DNA from: Eledone cirrhosa
Lineage: Eukaryota
Length of the DNA: 64,000 nt
Reading direction: 5' to 3'
Assembly: GCA_964016885.1 (NCBI GenBank)
Contig: OZ024741.1
Span: forward strand, 318,866,001-318,930,000
Of this stretch, positions 1-18,600 are shown in pieces (the stretch's first letter is position 1; the number at the start of each line of letters is the position of its first letter). Under the pieces are notes generated by a model that was not told the origin of the DNA, did no database searches, and saw only the letters and a program-made list of their open reading frames with translations. The translations under genes and the position numbers were made by a program.

Positions 1-196
1 TCTCTCTGTATTTTTCTCTCACACTTACAGTTTTCTCTATCCCTTTTTTTTACTCTGTTTCTGTCTGTCTCTCACTTCTTCAATTTCTCTCCCCTCTCTC
101 TCTCTCTCTTATACTTACTCTGTCTCTTTCTCTGTCTGTCTCTCAAACCTTCATTTCCTCTCTCTCTATATATATATATATATAGGGAGAGAAGCG

Positions 197-291
<95 letters not shown>

Positions 292-305
292 TACATATAT
301 ATATG

Positions 306-346
<41 letters not shown>

Positions 347-506
347 CGCTTCTCTCCCTATACCTATCTATCTATCTGTCTTTCTCTCTATTCATTTTCA
401 CATCTCTCTCTGTCTCTCTCTCTCTCTCTCTCGCTCTCTCTGTCTCTTTGTCCCACTTCACCCTCTCCCTCTGCTTCTTTCTGTCGCTCATCGGTTCTTC
501 TTCTTC

Positions 507-548
<42 letters not shown>

Positions 549-560
549 TCTCTCTCCCCT
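1..560. repeat. Compound microsatellite block: (TC)n, (TA)n, (TTA)n
   Basis: Direct: TC-rich 1-170, (TA)n ~166-346, (TC)n ~400-450, (TTA)n ~508-547. Confidence 0.97.
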
Positions 561-654
561 CTCCTCTTCTTTCACTTTTACTCTTTCTTAGCCACTAATT
601 CTTTCTTCATCTTCTCCCGTTATTCTCATTTACCATGTCTTATTAATATTATAA

Positions 655-3600
655 TCATCACCACTAACATCACCACTAACATCACCAACACCATCACCAC
701 TAACATCACTACTAACATCACCACCACCATCACCACTAACATCACTACTAACATCACCACTAACATCACCACTAACATCACCACTAACATCACCACTAAC
801 ATCACCACTAACATCACCACCACCATCACCACTAACATCACTACTAACATCACCACCACCATCACCACTAACATCACCACTAACATCACCACTAACATCA
901 CTACTAACAACACTACTAACATCACCACTAACATCACCACTAACATGACCACTAACATCACTACTAACATCATCATCACCACTAACATCACCACTAACAT
1001 CACCACTAAGATCACCACCACCATCACCACTAACAACACTACTAACATCACCACTAACATCACCACTAACATGACCACTAACATCACTACTAACATCATC
1101 ATCACCACTAACATCACCACTAACATCACCACTAAGATCACCACCACCATCACCAGTAACATCACCACCACCATCACCACTAACATCACCACCACCATCA
1201 CCACTAACATCACCACTAACATCACCACCAACATCACCACTAACATCACTACTAACATCACCAGCACCATCACCACTAACATCACCACTAACATCACCAC
1301 TAACATCATCACTAACATCACCACTAACATCACCACTAACATCACCACTAACATCACCACAAACATCACCAATAACATCACCACCACCATCACCACTAAC
1401 ATCACCACTAACATCACTACTAACATCACTACTAACATCACCACTAACATCACCACCACCATCACCACTAACATCACCACTAACATCACCACCACCATCA
1501 CCACTAACATCGCCACTAACATCACCACTAACATCACCACTAACATCACCACTAACATCACCACTAACATCACCACTAACATCACCACTAACATCACCAC
1601 TAACATCACCACTAACATCACTACTAACATCACTACTAACATCACCACTAACATCACCAATAACATCACCACCACCATCACCACTAACATCACCACCACC
1701 ATCACCACTAACATCACTACTAACATCACCACTAACATCACTACTAACATCACCACCACCATCACCACTAACATCACCACTAACATCACCAGTAACATCA
1801 CTACTAACATCACCACTAATATCACCACTAACATCACCACTAACATCACCACTAACATCACCACTAACATCACCACAAACATCACCACCACCATCACCAC
1901 TAACATCACCACCACCATCACCACTAACATCACCACCACCATCACTACTAACATCACCACTAACATCACTACTAACATCACCACTAACATCACCACTAAC
2001 ATCACCACTAACATCACCACTAACATCACCACCACCATCACCACTAACGTCACCACCACCATCACCACTAACATCACCACCACCATCACTACTAACATCA
2101 CCACTAACATCACTACTAACATCACCACTAACATCACCACTAACATCACCACTAACATCACCACTAACATCACTACTAACATCACTACTAACATCACTAC
2201 TAACATCACCACAAACATCACCAATAACATCACCACCACCATCACCACTAACATCACCACTAACATCACTACTAACATCACTACTAACATCACCACTAAC
2301 ATCACCACCACCATCACCACTAACATCACCACTAACATCACCACCACCATCACCACTAACATCGCCACTAACATCACCACTAACATCACCACTAACATCA
2401 CCACTAACATCACCACTAACATCACCACTAACATCACCACTAACATCACCACTAACATCACCACTAACATCACTACTAACATCACTACTAACATCACCAC
2501 TAACATCACCAATAACATCACCACCACCATCACCACTAACATCACCACCACCATCACCACTAACATCACTATTAACATCACCACTAACATCACTACTAAC
2601 ATCACCACCACCATCACCACTAACATCACTACTAACATCACTACTAACATCACCACCACCATCACCACTAACATCACCACCACCATCACCACTAACATCA
2701 CCACCACCATCACCAGTAACATCACCACTAACATCACCACTATAATCACCACTAACATCACCACCACCATCCCCACCACCTTCACCACTAACATCACCAC
2801 TAACATCACCACTAACATCACTACTAACATCATCATCACCACTAACATCACCACCACCATCACCACTAACATCACCACTAACATCACCACTAACATCACC
2901 ACTAACATCACTACTAACATCACCACTAACATCACCACCACCATCACCACTAACATCACTACTAACAACATCACTAACATCACCACTAACATCATCTCTA
3001 ACATCACCACTAACATCACCACTACCAACACCACTAACATCACCACTAACATCACCACCACCATCACCACTAACATCACCACTAACATCACCACTAACAT
3101 CACTACTAACATCACCACTAACATCACCACCACCATCACCACTAACATAACTACTAACATCATCACTAACATCACCACTAACATCATCTCTAACATCACC
3201 ACTAACATCACCACTAACATCACCACTAACATCACCACTAACATCACTACTAACATCACCACTAACATCACTACTAACATCACCACTAACATCACCACCA
3301 CCATCACCACTAACATCATCACTAACATCACCACTAACATCACCACTAACATCACCACTAACATCACTACTAACATCACCACTAACATCACCACTAACAT
3401 CACTACTAACATCATCACTAACATCACCACTAACATCATCTCTAACATCACCACTAACATCACCACTAACATCACCACTAACATCACCACTAACACCATC
3501 ACTAACATCACCACTAACATCACCACCACCATCACCAGCACCATCACCACTGACATCACCACCACCATCACCACTAACATCACCACTAACATCACCACTA

Positions 3601-6600
3601 ACATCACCACCAACATCACCACTAACATCTCTACTAACATCACCAGCACCATCACCACTAACATCACCACTAACATCACCACTAACATCATCACTAACAT
3701 CACCACTAACATCACCACTAACATCACCACTAACATCACCACTAACATCACCACTAACATCACTACTAACATCACCACTAACATCACCACTAACATCACC
3801 ACTAACATCACTACTAACATCACCACTACCATCACCACTAACATCACCACTAACATCGCCACTAACATCACCACTAACATCACCACTAACATCACCAGTA
3901 ACTTCACTACCACCATCACCACTAACATCATCACTAACATCACCACTAACATCAAAACTAACATCACCACTAACATCACCACCACCATCACCAGCACCAT
4001 CACCACTGACATCACCACCACCATAACCACTAACATCACCACCACCATCACCACTAACATCACCACCACCATCACTACTAACATCACCACCACCATCACC
4101 ACTAACATCACTACTAACATCACCACCACCATCACCACTAACATCACCACTAACATCACCAGTAACATCACTACTAACATCACCACTAATATCACCACTA
4201 ACATCACCACTAACATCACCACTAACATCACCACTAACATCACCACTAACATCACCAGTAACATCACTACTAACATCACCACTAACATCACCACTAACAT
4301 CACCACTAACATCACCACCACCATCACCACTAACATCACCACCACCATCACCACTAACATCACCACCACCATCACCACTAACATCACCACTAACATCACC
4401 ACTAACATCACCACTAACATCACCACTAACATCACCACCACCATCACCACTAACGTCACCACCACCATCACCACTAACATCACCACCACCATCACTACTA
4501 ACATCACCACTAACATCACTACTAACATCACCACTAACATCACCACTAACATCACCACTAACATCACCACTAACATCACCACTAACATCACCACCACCAT
4601 CACCACTAACATCACCACCACCATCACCACTAACATCACCACCACCATCACCACTAACATCACCACTAACATCACCACTAACATCACCACTAACATCACC
4701 ACTAACATCACCACCACCAGCACCACTAACGTCACCACCACCATCACCACTAACATCACCACCACCATCACTACTAACATCACCACTAACATCACTACTA
4801 ACATCACCACTAACATCACCACTAACATCACCACTAACATCACCACTAACATCACCACTAACATCACCACCACCACCACTAACATCACCACTAACATCAC
4901 CACTAACATCACCACTAACATCACTACTAACATCACTACTAACATCACTACTAACATCACCACAAACATCACCAATAACATCACCACAACCATCACCACT
5001 AACATCACCACTAACATCACCACTAACATCACCACTAACATCACTACTAACATCACTACTAACATCACCACTAACATCACCACCACCATCACCACTAACA
5101 TCACCACTAACATCACCACCACCATCACCACTAACATCGCCACTAACATCACCACTAACATCACCACTAACATCACCACTAACATCACCACTAACATCAC
5201 CACTAACATCACCACTAACATCACCACTAACATCACCACTAACATCACCACGAACATCACCACTAACATCACCACTAACATCACCACCACCATCACCACT
5301 AACATCACCACCACCATCACCACTAACATCACCACCACCATCACCACTAACATCACCACTAACATCACCACTAACATCACCACTAACATCACCACTAACA
5401 TCACCACCACCAGCACCACTAACGTCACCACCACCATCACCACTAACATCACCACCACCATCACTACTAACATCACCACTAACATCACTACTAACATCAC
5501 CACTAACATCACCACTAACATCACCACTAACATCACCACTAACATCACCACTAACATCACCACCACCACCACTAACATCACCACTAACATCACCACTAAC
5601 ATCACCACTAACATCACTACTAACATCACTACTAACATCACTACTAACATCACCACAAACATCACCAATAACATCACCACAACCATCACCACTAACATCA
5701 CCACTAACATCACCACTAACATCACCACTAACATCACTACTAACATCACTACTAACATCACCACTAACATCACCACCACCATCACCACTAACATCACCAC
5801 TAACATCACCACCACCATCACCACTAACATCGCCACTAACATCACCACTAACATCACCACTAACATCACCACTAACATCACCACTAACATCACCACTAAC
5901 ATCACCACTAACATCACCACTAACATCACCACTAACATCACCACTAACATCACCACTAACATCACTACTAACATCACTACTAACATCACCACTAACATCA
6001 CCAATAACATCACCACCACCATCACCACTAACATCACCACCACCATCACCACTAACATCACTACTAACATCACCACTAACATCACCACTAACATCACCAC
6101 TAACATCACTACTAACATCAGTACTAACATCACCACTAACATCACCACTAACATCACTACTAACATCACTACTAACATCACCACCACCATCACCACTAAC
6201 ATCACCACCACCATCACCACTAACATCACCACCACCATCACCAGTAACATCACCACTAACATCACCACTATAATCACCACTAACATCACCACCACCATCC
6301 CCACCACCTTCACCACTAACATCACCACTAACATCACTACTAACATCATCATCACCACTAACATCATCACTAACATCACCACTAACATCACCACTAACAT
6401 CACTACTAACATCATCATCACCACTAACATCACCACCACCATCACCACTAACATCACCACTAACATCACCACTAACATCACCACTAACATCACTACTAAC
6501 ATCACCACTAACATCACCACCACCATCACCACTAACATCACTACTAACACCATCACTAACATCACCACTAACATCATCTCTAACATCACCACTAACATCA

Positions 6601-9600
6601 CCACTAACATCACCACTAACATCACTACTAACATCACCACTAACATCACCACCACCATCACCACTAACATCACCACTAACATCACCACTAACATCACCAC
6701 TAACATCACTACTAACATCACCACTAACATCACCACCACCATCACCACTAACATAACTACTAACATCATCACTAACATCACCACTAACATCATCTCTAAC
6801 ATCACCACTAACATCACCACTAACATCACCACTAACATCACCACTAACATCACTACTAACTTCACCACTAACATCACTACTAACATCACCACTAACATCA
6901 CCACCACCATCACCACTAACATCATCACTAACATCACCACTAACATCACCACTAACATCACCACTAACATCACTACTAACATCACCACTAACATCACCAC
7001 TAACATCACTACTAACATCATCACTAACATCACCACTAACATCACCACTAACATCACCACTAACATCACTACTAACATCACCACTAACATCACCACTAAC
7101 ATCATCACTAACATCACCACTAACATCATCTCTAACATCACCACTAACATCACCACTAACATCACCACTAACATCACTACTAACATCACCACTAACATCA
7201 CCACCACCATCACCACTAACATCACCACTAACATCACCACTAACATCACAACTAACATCACTACTAACATCACCACTAACATCACCACCACCATCACCAC
7301 TAACATCACTACTAACATCATCACTAACATCACCACTAACATCATCTCTAACATCACCACTAACATCACCACTAACATCACCACTAACATCACTACTAAC
7401 ATCACCACTAACATCACCACTAACATCACTACTAACATCACCACCACCATCAACACTAACATCACCACTAACATCACCACTAACATCACCACTAACATCA
7501 CTACTAACATCACCACCACCATCACCACTAACATCATCACTAACATCACCACCACCATCACCACTAACATCACTACTAACATCATCACTAACATCACTAC
7601 TAACATCACCACTAACATTACCACTAACATCACTACTAACATCACCACCACCATCACCACTAACATCATCACTAACATCACCACTAACATCACCACTAAC
7701 ATCACCACTAACATCATCACTAACATCACCACTAACATCATCTCTAACATCACCACTAACATCACCACTAACATCACCACTAACATCACTACTAACATCA
7801 CCACTAACATCACCACCACCATCACCACTAACATCACCACTAACATCACCACTAACATCACAACTAACATCACTACTAACATCACCACTAACATCACCAC
7901 CACCATCACCACTAACATCACTACTAACATCATCACTAACATCACCACTAACATCATCTCTAACATCACCACTAACATCACCACTAACATCATCACTAAC
8001 ATCACCACTAACATCATCTCTAACATCACCACTAACATCACCACTAACATCACCACTAACATCACCACTAACATCACTACTAACATCACCACTAACATCA
8101 CTACTAACATCACCACTAACATCACCACCACCATCACCACTAACATCATCACTAACATCACCACTAACATCACCACTAACATCACCACTAACATCACTAC
8201 TAACATCAGCACTAACATCACCACTAACATCACTACTAACATCATCACTAACATCACCACTAACATCACCACTAACATCACCACTAACATCACTACTAAC
8301 ATCACCACTAACATCACCACTAACATCATCACTAACATCACCACTAACATCATCTCTAACATCACCACTAACATCACCACTAACATCACCACTAACATCA
8401 CTACTAACATCACCACTAACATCACCACCACCATCACCACTAACATCACCACTAACATCACCACTAACATCACAACTAACATCACTACTAACATCACCAC
8501 TAACATCACCACCACCATCACCACTAACATCACTACTAACATCATCACTAACATCACCACTAACATCATCTCTAACATCACCACTAACATCACCACTAAC
8601 ATCACCACTAACATCACTACTAACATCACCACTAACATCACCACTAACATCACTACTAACATCACCACCACCATCAACACTAACATCACCACTAACATCA
8701 CCACTAACATCACCACTAACATCACTACTAACATCACCACCACCATCACCACTAACATCATTACTAACATCACCACCACCATCACCACTAACATCACTAC
8801 TAACATCATCACTAACATCACTACTAACATCACCACTAACATTACCACTAACATCACTACTAACATCACCACCACCATCACCACTAACATCATCACTAAC
8901 ATCACCACCACCATCACCACTAACATCACCACTAACATCATCACTAACGTCACCACTAACATCACCACTAACATCACCACTAACATCACCACTAACATCA
9001 CCACTAACATCACCACTAACATCACCACTAACATCACCAGTAACATCACTACTAACATCACCACTAACATCACCACTAACATCACTACTAACATCACCAC
9101 TAACATCACCACTAACATCATCACTAACATCACCACTGACATCACCACTAACATCACCACCACCATCACCACTAACATCACTACTAACATCATCACTAAC
9201 ATCACTACTAACATCACTACTAACATCACCACTAACATCACCACCACCATCACCACTAACATCATCACTAACATCACCGCCACCATCACCACTAACATCA
9301 CCACTAACATCATCACTAACATCACCACTAACATCACCACTAACATCACCACTAACATCACCACTAACATCACTACTAACATCACCACCACCATCACCAC
9401 TAACATCACCACTAACATCATCACTAACATCACCACTAACATCACCACTAACATCACCACTAACATCACCACTAACATCACTACTAACATCACCACTACC
9501 ATCACCCCTAACATCACCACTAACATCACCACTAACATCACCACTAACATCACCAGTAACATCACTACTAACATCACCACTAACATCACCACTAACATCA

Positions 9601-12600
9601 CTACTAACATCACCACTAACATCACCACTAACATCATCACTAACATCACCACTGACATCACCACTAACATCACCACCACCATCACCACTAACATCACTAC
9701 TAACATCATCACTAACATCACTACTAACATCACTACTAACATCACCACTAACATCACCACCACCATCACCACTAACATCATCACTAACATCACCGCCACC
9801 ATCACCACTAACATCACCACTAACATCATCACTAACATCACCACTAACATCACCACTAACATCACCACTAACATCACCACTAACATCACTACTAACATCA
9901 CCACTACCATCACCACTAACATCACCACTAACATCACCAGTAACTTCACTACTAACATCACCACTAACATCACCACTAACATCACTACCAACATTACCAC
10001 TAACACCAGCACTAACATCACCACTTACATCATCACTAACATCACCACTAACATCACCACCACCATCACCACTAACATCACCACCACCATCACCACTAAC
10101 ATCACCACTAACATCACCACTAACATCACCACTAACATCACCACTAACATCACCACCACCATCACCACTAACATCACCACCACCATCACAAGTAACATCA
10201 GCACTAACATCACCACTAACATCACCACCACCATCACCACCATCACCACCACCATCACCAGTAACATCACCACTAACATCACTACTAACATCATCATCAC
10301 CACTAACATCATCACTAACATCACCACCACCATCACCACTAACATCACCACCACCATCACCAGTAACATCACCACTAACATCACCACTAACATCACCACC
10401 ACCATCACCACTAACATCACCACCACCATCACCACTAACATCACCACCACCATCACCACTAACATCACCACCACCATCACCAGTAACATCACCACTAACA
10501 TCACCACTAACATCACCACTAACATCACTACTAACATCATCATCACCACTAACATCATCACTAACATCACCACTAACATCACTACTAACATCATCATCAC
10601 CACTAACATCACCACCACCATCACCACTAACATCACCACTAACATCACCACTAACATCACCACTAACATCACTACTAACATCACCACTAACATCACCACC
10701 ACCATCACCACTAACATCACTACTAACATCACCACTAACATCACCACCACCATCACCACTAACATCACTACTAACATCACCACCACCATCACCACTAACA
10801 TCATCACTAACATCACCACTAACATCACCACTAACATCACCACTAACATCACTACTAACATCACCACTAACATCACCACTAACATCACTACTAACATCAT
10901 CACTAACATCACCACTAACATCATCTCTAACATCACCACTAACATCACCACTAACATCACCACTAACATCACTACTAACATCACCACTAACATCACCACC
11001 ACCATCACCACTAACATCACCACTAACATCACCACTAACATGACAACTAACATCACTACTAACATCACCACTAACATCACCACCACCATCACCACTAACA
11101 TCACTACTAACATCATCACTAACATCACCACTAACATCATCTCTAACATCACCACTAACATCACCACTAACATCACCACTAACATCACCACTAACATCAC
11201 TACTAACATCACCACCACCATCACCACTAACATCACCACTAACATCACCACTAACATCATCACTAACATCACCACCACCATCACCACTAACATCACCACT
11301 AACATCATCACTAACATCACCACTAACATCACCACTAACATCACCACTAACATCACCACTAACATCACTACTAACATCACCACTACCATCACCACTAACA
11401 TCACCACTAACATCACCACTAACATCACCACTAACATCACCAGTAACATCACTACTAACATCACCACTAACATCACCACTAACATCACTACTAACATCAC
11501 CACTAACATCACCACTAACATCACTACTAACATCACCACTAACATCACCACTAACATCACCACTCACATCACCACTAACATCACCACTAACATCACCACT
11601 AACATCACCACTAACATCATCACTAACATCACCACTAACATCACTACTAACATCACCACTAACATCACCACTAACATCATCACTAACATCACCACTAACA
11701 TCACTACTAACATCACCACTAACATCACCACTAACATCACCACTAACATCACCACTAACATCATCACTAACATCACCACTAACATCACTACTAACATCAC
11801 CACTAACATCACCACTAACATCATCACTAACATCACCACTAACATCACTACTAACATCACCACTAACATCACCACTAACATCACCACCACCATCACCACC
11901 ACCATCACCACTAACATCACCACCACCATCACCACTAACATCACCACTAACATCACCACTAACATCACTACTAACATCACCACTAACATCACCACTAACA
12001 TCACTACTAACATCACCACCACCATCAACACTAACATCACCACTAACATCACCCATCACTAACATCACCACCACCATCACCACCACCATCACCACTAACA
12101 TCACCACCACCATCACCACTAACATCACTACTAACATCATCACTAACATCACTACTAACATCACTACTAACATCACCACTAACATCACTACTAACATCAC
12201 CACCACCATCACCACTAACATCACCACCACCATCACCACTAACATCACTACTAACATCATCACTAACATCACTACTAACATCACTACTAACATCACCACT
12301 AACATCACTACTAACATCACCACTAACATCACCACTAACATCATCACTAACATCATCACTAACATCACCACTAACATCACCACTAACATCGCCACTAACA
12401 TCATCACTAACATCACTACTAACATCACTACTAACATCACCACTAACATCACCACTAACATCACTACTAACATCACCACCACCATCACCACTAACATCGC
12501 CACTAACATCACCACTAACATCATCACTAACATCACCGCCACCATCACCACTAACATCACCACTAACATCATCACTAACATCACCACTAACATCACCACT

Positions 12601-15600
12601 AACATCACCACTAACATCACCACTAACATCACCACTAACATCACTACTAACATCACCACTACCATCACCACTAACATCACCACTAACATCACCACTAACA
12701 TCACCACTAACATCACCAGTAACTTCACTACTAACATCACCACTAACATCACCACTAACATCACTACTAACATCACCACTAACATCACCACTAACATCAC
12801 CCACCACTAACATCACCACTAACATCACCACCACCATCACCACTAACATCACCACTAACATCACCACTAACACCAGCACTAACATCACCACTAACATCAT
12901 CACTAACATCACCACTAACATCACCACCACCATCACCACTAACATCACCACCACCATCACCAGTAACATCAGCACTAACATCACCACTAACATCACCACC
13001 ACCATCACCACCATCACCACCACCATCACCAGTAACATCACCACTAACATCACTACTAACATCATCATCACCACTAACATCATCACTAACATCACCACCA
13101 CCATCACCACTAACATCACCACCACCATCACCAGTAACATCAGCACTAACATCACCACTAACATCACCACCACCATCACCACCATCACCACCACCATCAC
13201 CAGTAACATCACCACTAACATCACTACTAACATCATCATCACCACTAACATCATCACTAACATCACCACCACCATCACCACTAACATCACCACCACCATC
13301 ATCACTAACATCACCACTAACATCACCACTAACATCACCACCACCATCACCACTAACATCACCACTAACATCACCACTAACATCACTACTAACATCACCA
13401 CCACCATCACTACTAACATCACTACTAACATCACCACTAACATCACCACTAACATCACCACCACCATCACCACTAACATCACCACTAACATCACCACGAA
13501 CATCACCACTAACATCACTACTAACATCACCACTAACATCACCACTAACATCACTACTAACATCATCATCACCACTAACATCATCACTAACATCACCACC
13601 ACCATCACCACTATCATCACCACCAACATCACTACTAACATCACTACTAACATCACCACTAACATCACCACTAACATCACCACCACCATCACCACTAACA
13701 TCACCACTAACATCACCACTAACATCACCACCACCATCACCACTATCATCACCACCACCATCACTACTAACATCACTACTAACATCACCACTAACATCAC
13801 CACTAACATCACCACCACCATCACCACTAACATCACCACTAACATCACCACTAACATCACCACTAACATCACTACTAACATCACCACTAACATCACTACT
13901 AACATCACCACTAACATCACCACCACCATCACCACCACCATCACCACCACCATCACCAGTAACATCACCACTAACATCACCACTAACATCACCACCACCA
14001 TCACCACCATCACCACCACCATCACCTCTAACATCACCACTAACATCACTACTAACATCATCATCACCACTAACATCATCACTAACATCACCACTAACAT
14101 CACCACTAACATCACCACCACCATCACCACTAACATCACCACTAACATCACCACTAACATCACTACTAACATCACCACTAACATCACTACTAACATCACC
14201 ACTAACATCACCACTAACATCACCACCACCATCACCACCACCATCACCACTAACATCACCACTAACATCACCACTAACATCACCACTAACATCACCAACA
14301 CTATCACCACTAACATCACTACTAACATCACTACTAACATCACCACCACCATCACCACTAACATCACCACCACCATCACCACTAACATCACCACTAACAT
14401 CACCACTAACATCACCACTAACATCACCACTAACATCACCACCACCATCACCACTAACATCACCACTAACATCACCACTAACATCACCACTAACATCACC
14501 ACCACCATCACCACTAACATCACCACTAACATCACCACTAACATCACCACTAACATCACCACTAACATCACCACTAACATCACCACTAACATCACCACTA
14601 ACATCACCACTAACATCACTACTATCATCACCACCACCATCATCACTAACATCACCACTAACATCACCACTAACATCACCACTAACATCACCACTAACAT
14701 CACCACTAACATCTCCACTATCATCACCACTAACATCACCACTAACATCACCACCACCATCACTACTAACATCATCATCACCACTAACATCATCACTAAC
14801 ATCACCACTAACATCACCACTAACATCACCACTAACATCACCACTAACATCACCACTAACATCACTACTAACATCACCACTATCATCACCACTAACATCA
14901 CCACTAACATCACCACTAACATCACCACTAACATCACCACTAACATCACCACTAACATCACCACTAACATCACCACTGACATCACCACCAACATCACTAC
15001 TAACATCACTACTAACATCACCACTTACATCACCACTAACATCACCACTAACATCACCACCACCATCACCACTAACATCACCACTAACATCACCACTAAC
15101 ATCACCACTAACATCACCACTAACATCACCACTGACATCACCACCAACATCACTACTAACATCACCACTAACATCACCACTAACATCACCACTGACATCA
15201 CCACCACCATCACCACCACCATCACTACTAACATCACCACTAACATCACCACTAACATCACCACTAACATCGCCACTAACATCACTACTAACATCACCAC
15301 TAACATCATCACTAACATCACCACTAACATCACCACTAACATCACCACTAACATCACCACTAACATCACCACTAACATCACCACTAACATCACCACTAAC
15401 ATCACCACCACCATCACCACTAACATCACCACCACCATCACCACCACCATCACCACTAACATCACCACCACCATCACCAGTAACATCACCACTAACATCA
15501 CCACTAACATCACCACCACCATCACCACCATCACCACCACCATCACCACTAACATCACCACTAACATCACTACTAACATCATCATCACCACTAACATCAT

Positions 15601-18600
15601 CACTAACATCACCACTAACATCACCACTAACATCACCACCACCATCACCACTAACATCACCACTAACATCACCACTAACATCACTACTAACATCACCACT
15701 AACATCACTACTAACATCACCACTAACATCACCACTAACATCACCACCACCATCACCACCACCATCACCACTAACATCACCACTAACATCACCACTAACA
15801 TCACCACTAACATCACCAACACTATCACCACTAACATCACTACTAACATCACTACTAACATCACCACCACCATCACCACTAACATCACCACCACCATCAC
15901 CACTAACATCACCACTAACATCACCACTAACATCACCACTAACATCACCACTAACATCACCACCACCATCACCACTAACATCACCACTAACATCACCACT
16001 AACATCACCACTAACATCACCACCACCATCACCACTAACATCACCACTAACATCACCACTAACATCACCACTAACATCACCACTAACATCACCACTAACA
16101 TCACCACTAACATCACCACTAACATCACCACTAACATCACTACTATCATCACCACCACCATCATCACTAACATCACCACTAACATCACCACTAACATCAC
16201 CACTAACATCACCACTAACATCACCACTAACATCTCCACTATCATCACCACTAACATCACCACTAACATCACCACCACCATCACTACTAACATCATCATC
16301 ACCACTAACATCATCACTAACATCACCACTAACATCACCACTAACATCACCACTAACATCACCACTAACATCACCACTAACATCACTACTAACATCACCA
16401 CTATCATCACCACTAACATCACCACTAACATCACCACTAACATCACCACTAACATCACCACTAACATCACCACTAACATCACCACTAACATCACCACTGA
16501 CATCACCACCAACATCACTACTAACATCACTACTAACATCACCACTTACATCACCACTAACATCACCACTAACATCACCACCACCATCACCACTAACATC
16601 ACCACTAACATCACCACTAACATCACCACTAACATCACCACTAACATCACCACTGACATCACCACCAACATCACTACTAACATCACCACTAACATCACCA
16701 CTAACATCACCACTGACATCACCACCACCATCACCACCACCATCACTACTAACATCACCACTAACATCACCACTAACATCACCACTAACATCGCCACTAA
16801 CATCACTACTAACATCACCACTAACATCATCACTAACATCACCACTAACATCACCACTAACATCACCACTAACATCACCACTAACATCACCACTAACATC
16901 ACCACTAACATCACCACTAACATCACCACCACCATCACCACTAACATCACCACCACCATCACCACCACCATCACCACTAACATCACCACCACCATCACCA
17001 CCACCATCACAACTAACATCACCACTAACATCACCACTAACATCACCACCACCATCACCACTAACATCACCAGTAACATCACTACTAACATCACCACCAC
17101 CATCACTACCACCATCACCACTAACATCACTACTAACATCACCACCACCATCACCACTAACATCACTACCACCATCACCACTCACATCACCACTAACATC
17201 ATCACTAACATCACTACTAACATCACCACTAACATCACCACCACCATCACCACTAACATCATCACTAACATCACCACTAACATCACCACTAACATCACCA
17301 CTAACATCACCACTAACATCACCACTAACATCACCACTAACATCACCACTAACATCACCACTAACATCACCACCACCATCACCACTAACATAACTACTAA
17401 CATCACCACCACCATCACCACTAACATCACTACTAACATCACCATCACCATCACCAGTAACATCACCACCACCTTCACCACTAACATCACCACTAACATC
17501 ACCACTAACATCACCACTAACATCACCACTAACATCACCACTAACATCACCACTAACATCACCACTAACATCACTACTAACATCACCACTAACATCAGCA
17601 CTAACATCACCACTAACATCACCACCACTATCACTACTAAGATCACCACCACCATCACCACTAACATCACCACCACCATCACCACCACTATCACCACTAA
17701 CATCACCACCACCATCACCACTAACATCACCACTAACATCACTACTAACATCACCACTAACATCACCACTAACATCACCACCACCATCACCACCACCATC
17801 ACCACTAACATCACCACCACCATCACCACTAACATCACTACTAACATTACTACTAACATCACCACTAACATCACAACTAACATCATCACTAACATCACTA
17901 CTAACATCACCACTAACATCACAACTAACATCACCACTGACATCACCACCACCATCACCACTAACATCACCACCACCATCACCACTAACATCACTACTAA
18001 CATCACCACTAACATCACCACTAACATCACCACCACCATCACCACCACCATCACCACTAACATCACAACTAACATCACCACTGACATCACCACCACCATC
18101 ACCACTAACATCACCACTAACATCACCACTAACATCACTACTAACATCACCACTAACATCACCACTAACATCACAACTAACATCACCACTAACATCACCA
18201 CTAACATCACCACTAACATCACCACTAACATCACCAGGAACATCACCACTAACATCACCACTAACATCACCACCACCATCACCACTAACATCACTACTAA
18301 CATCACTACTAACATCACCACCACCATCACCACTAACATCACCACTAACATCACTACTAACATCACCACTAACGTCACCACTAACATCACTACTAACATC
18401 ACCACTAGCATCACCACTAACATCACCATCACCACTAACATCACCACTAACATCACCACCACCACCACTAACATCACCACTAACATCAACACTAACATCA
18501 CCACTAACATCACCACTAACATCACCACCACCACCACTAACATCACCACTAACATCACCACTAACATCACCACTAACATCACCACTAACATCACCACCAC

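Noticed and set aside
72-590. YIYI ORF and the poly-Leu signal-peptide-like N-terminus of the 3919-aa ORF
   Set aside because: Translations of (TA)n, (TC)n and (TTA)n microsatellites.
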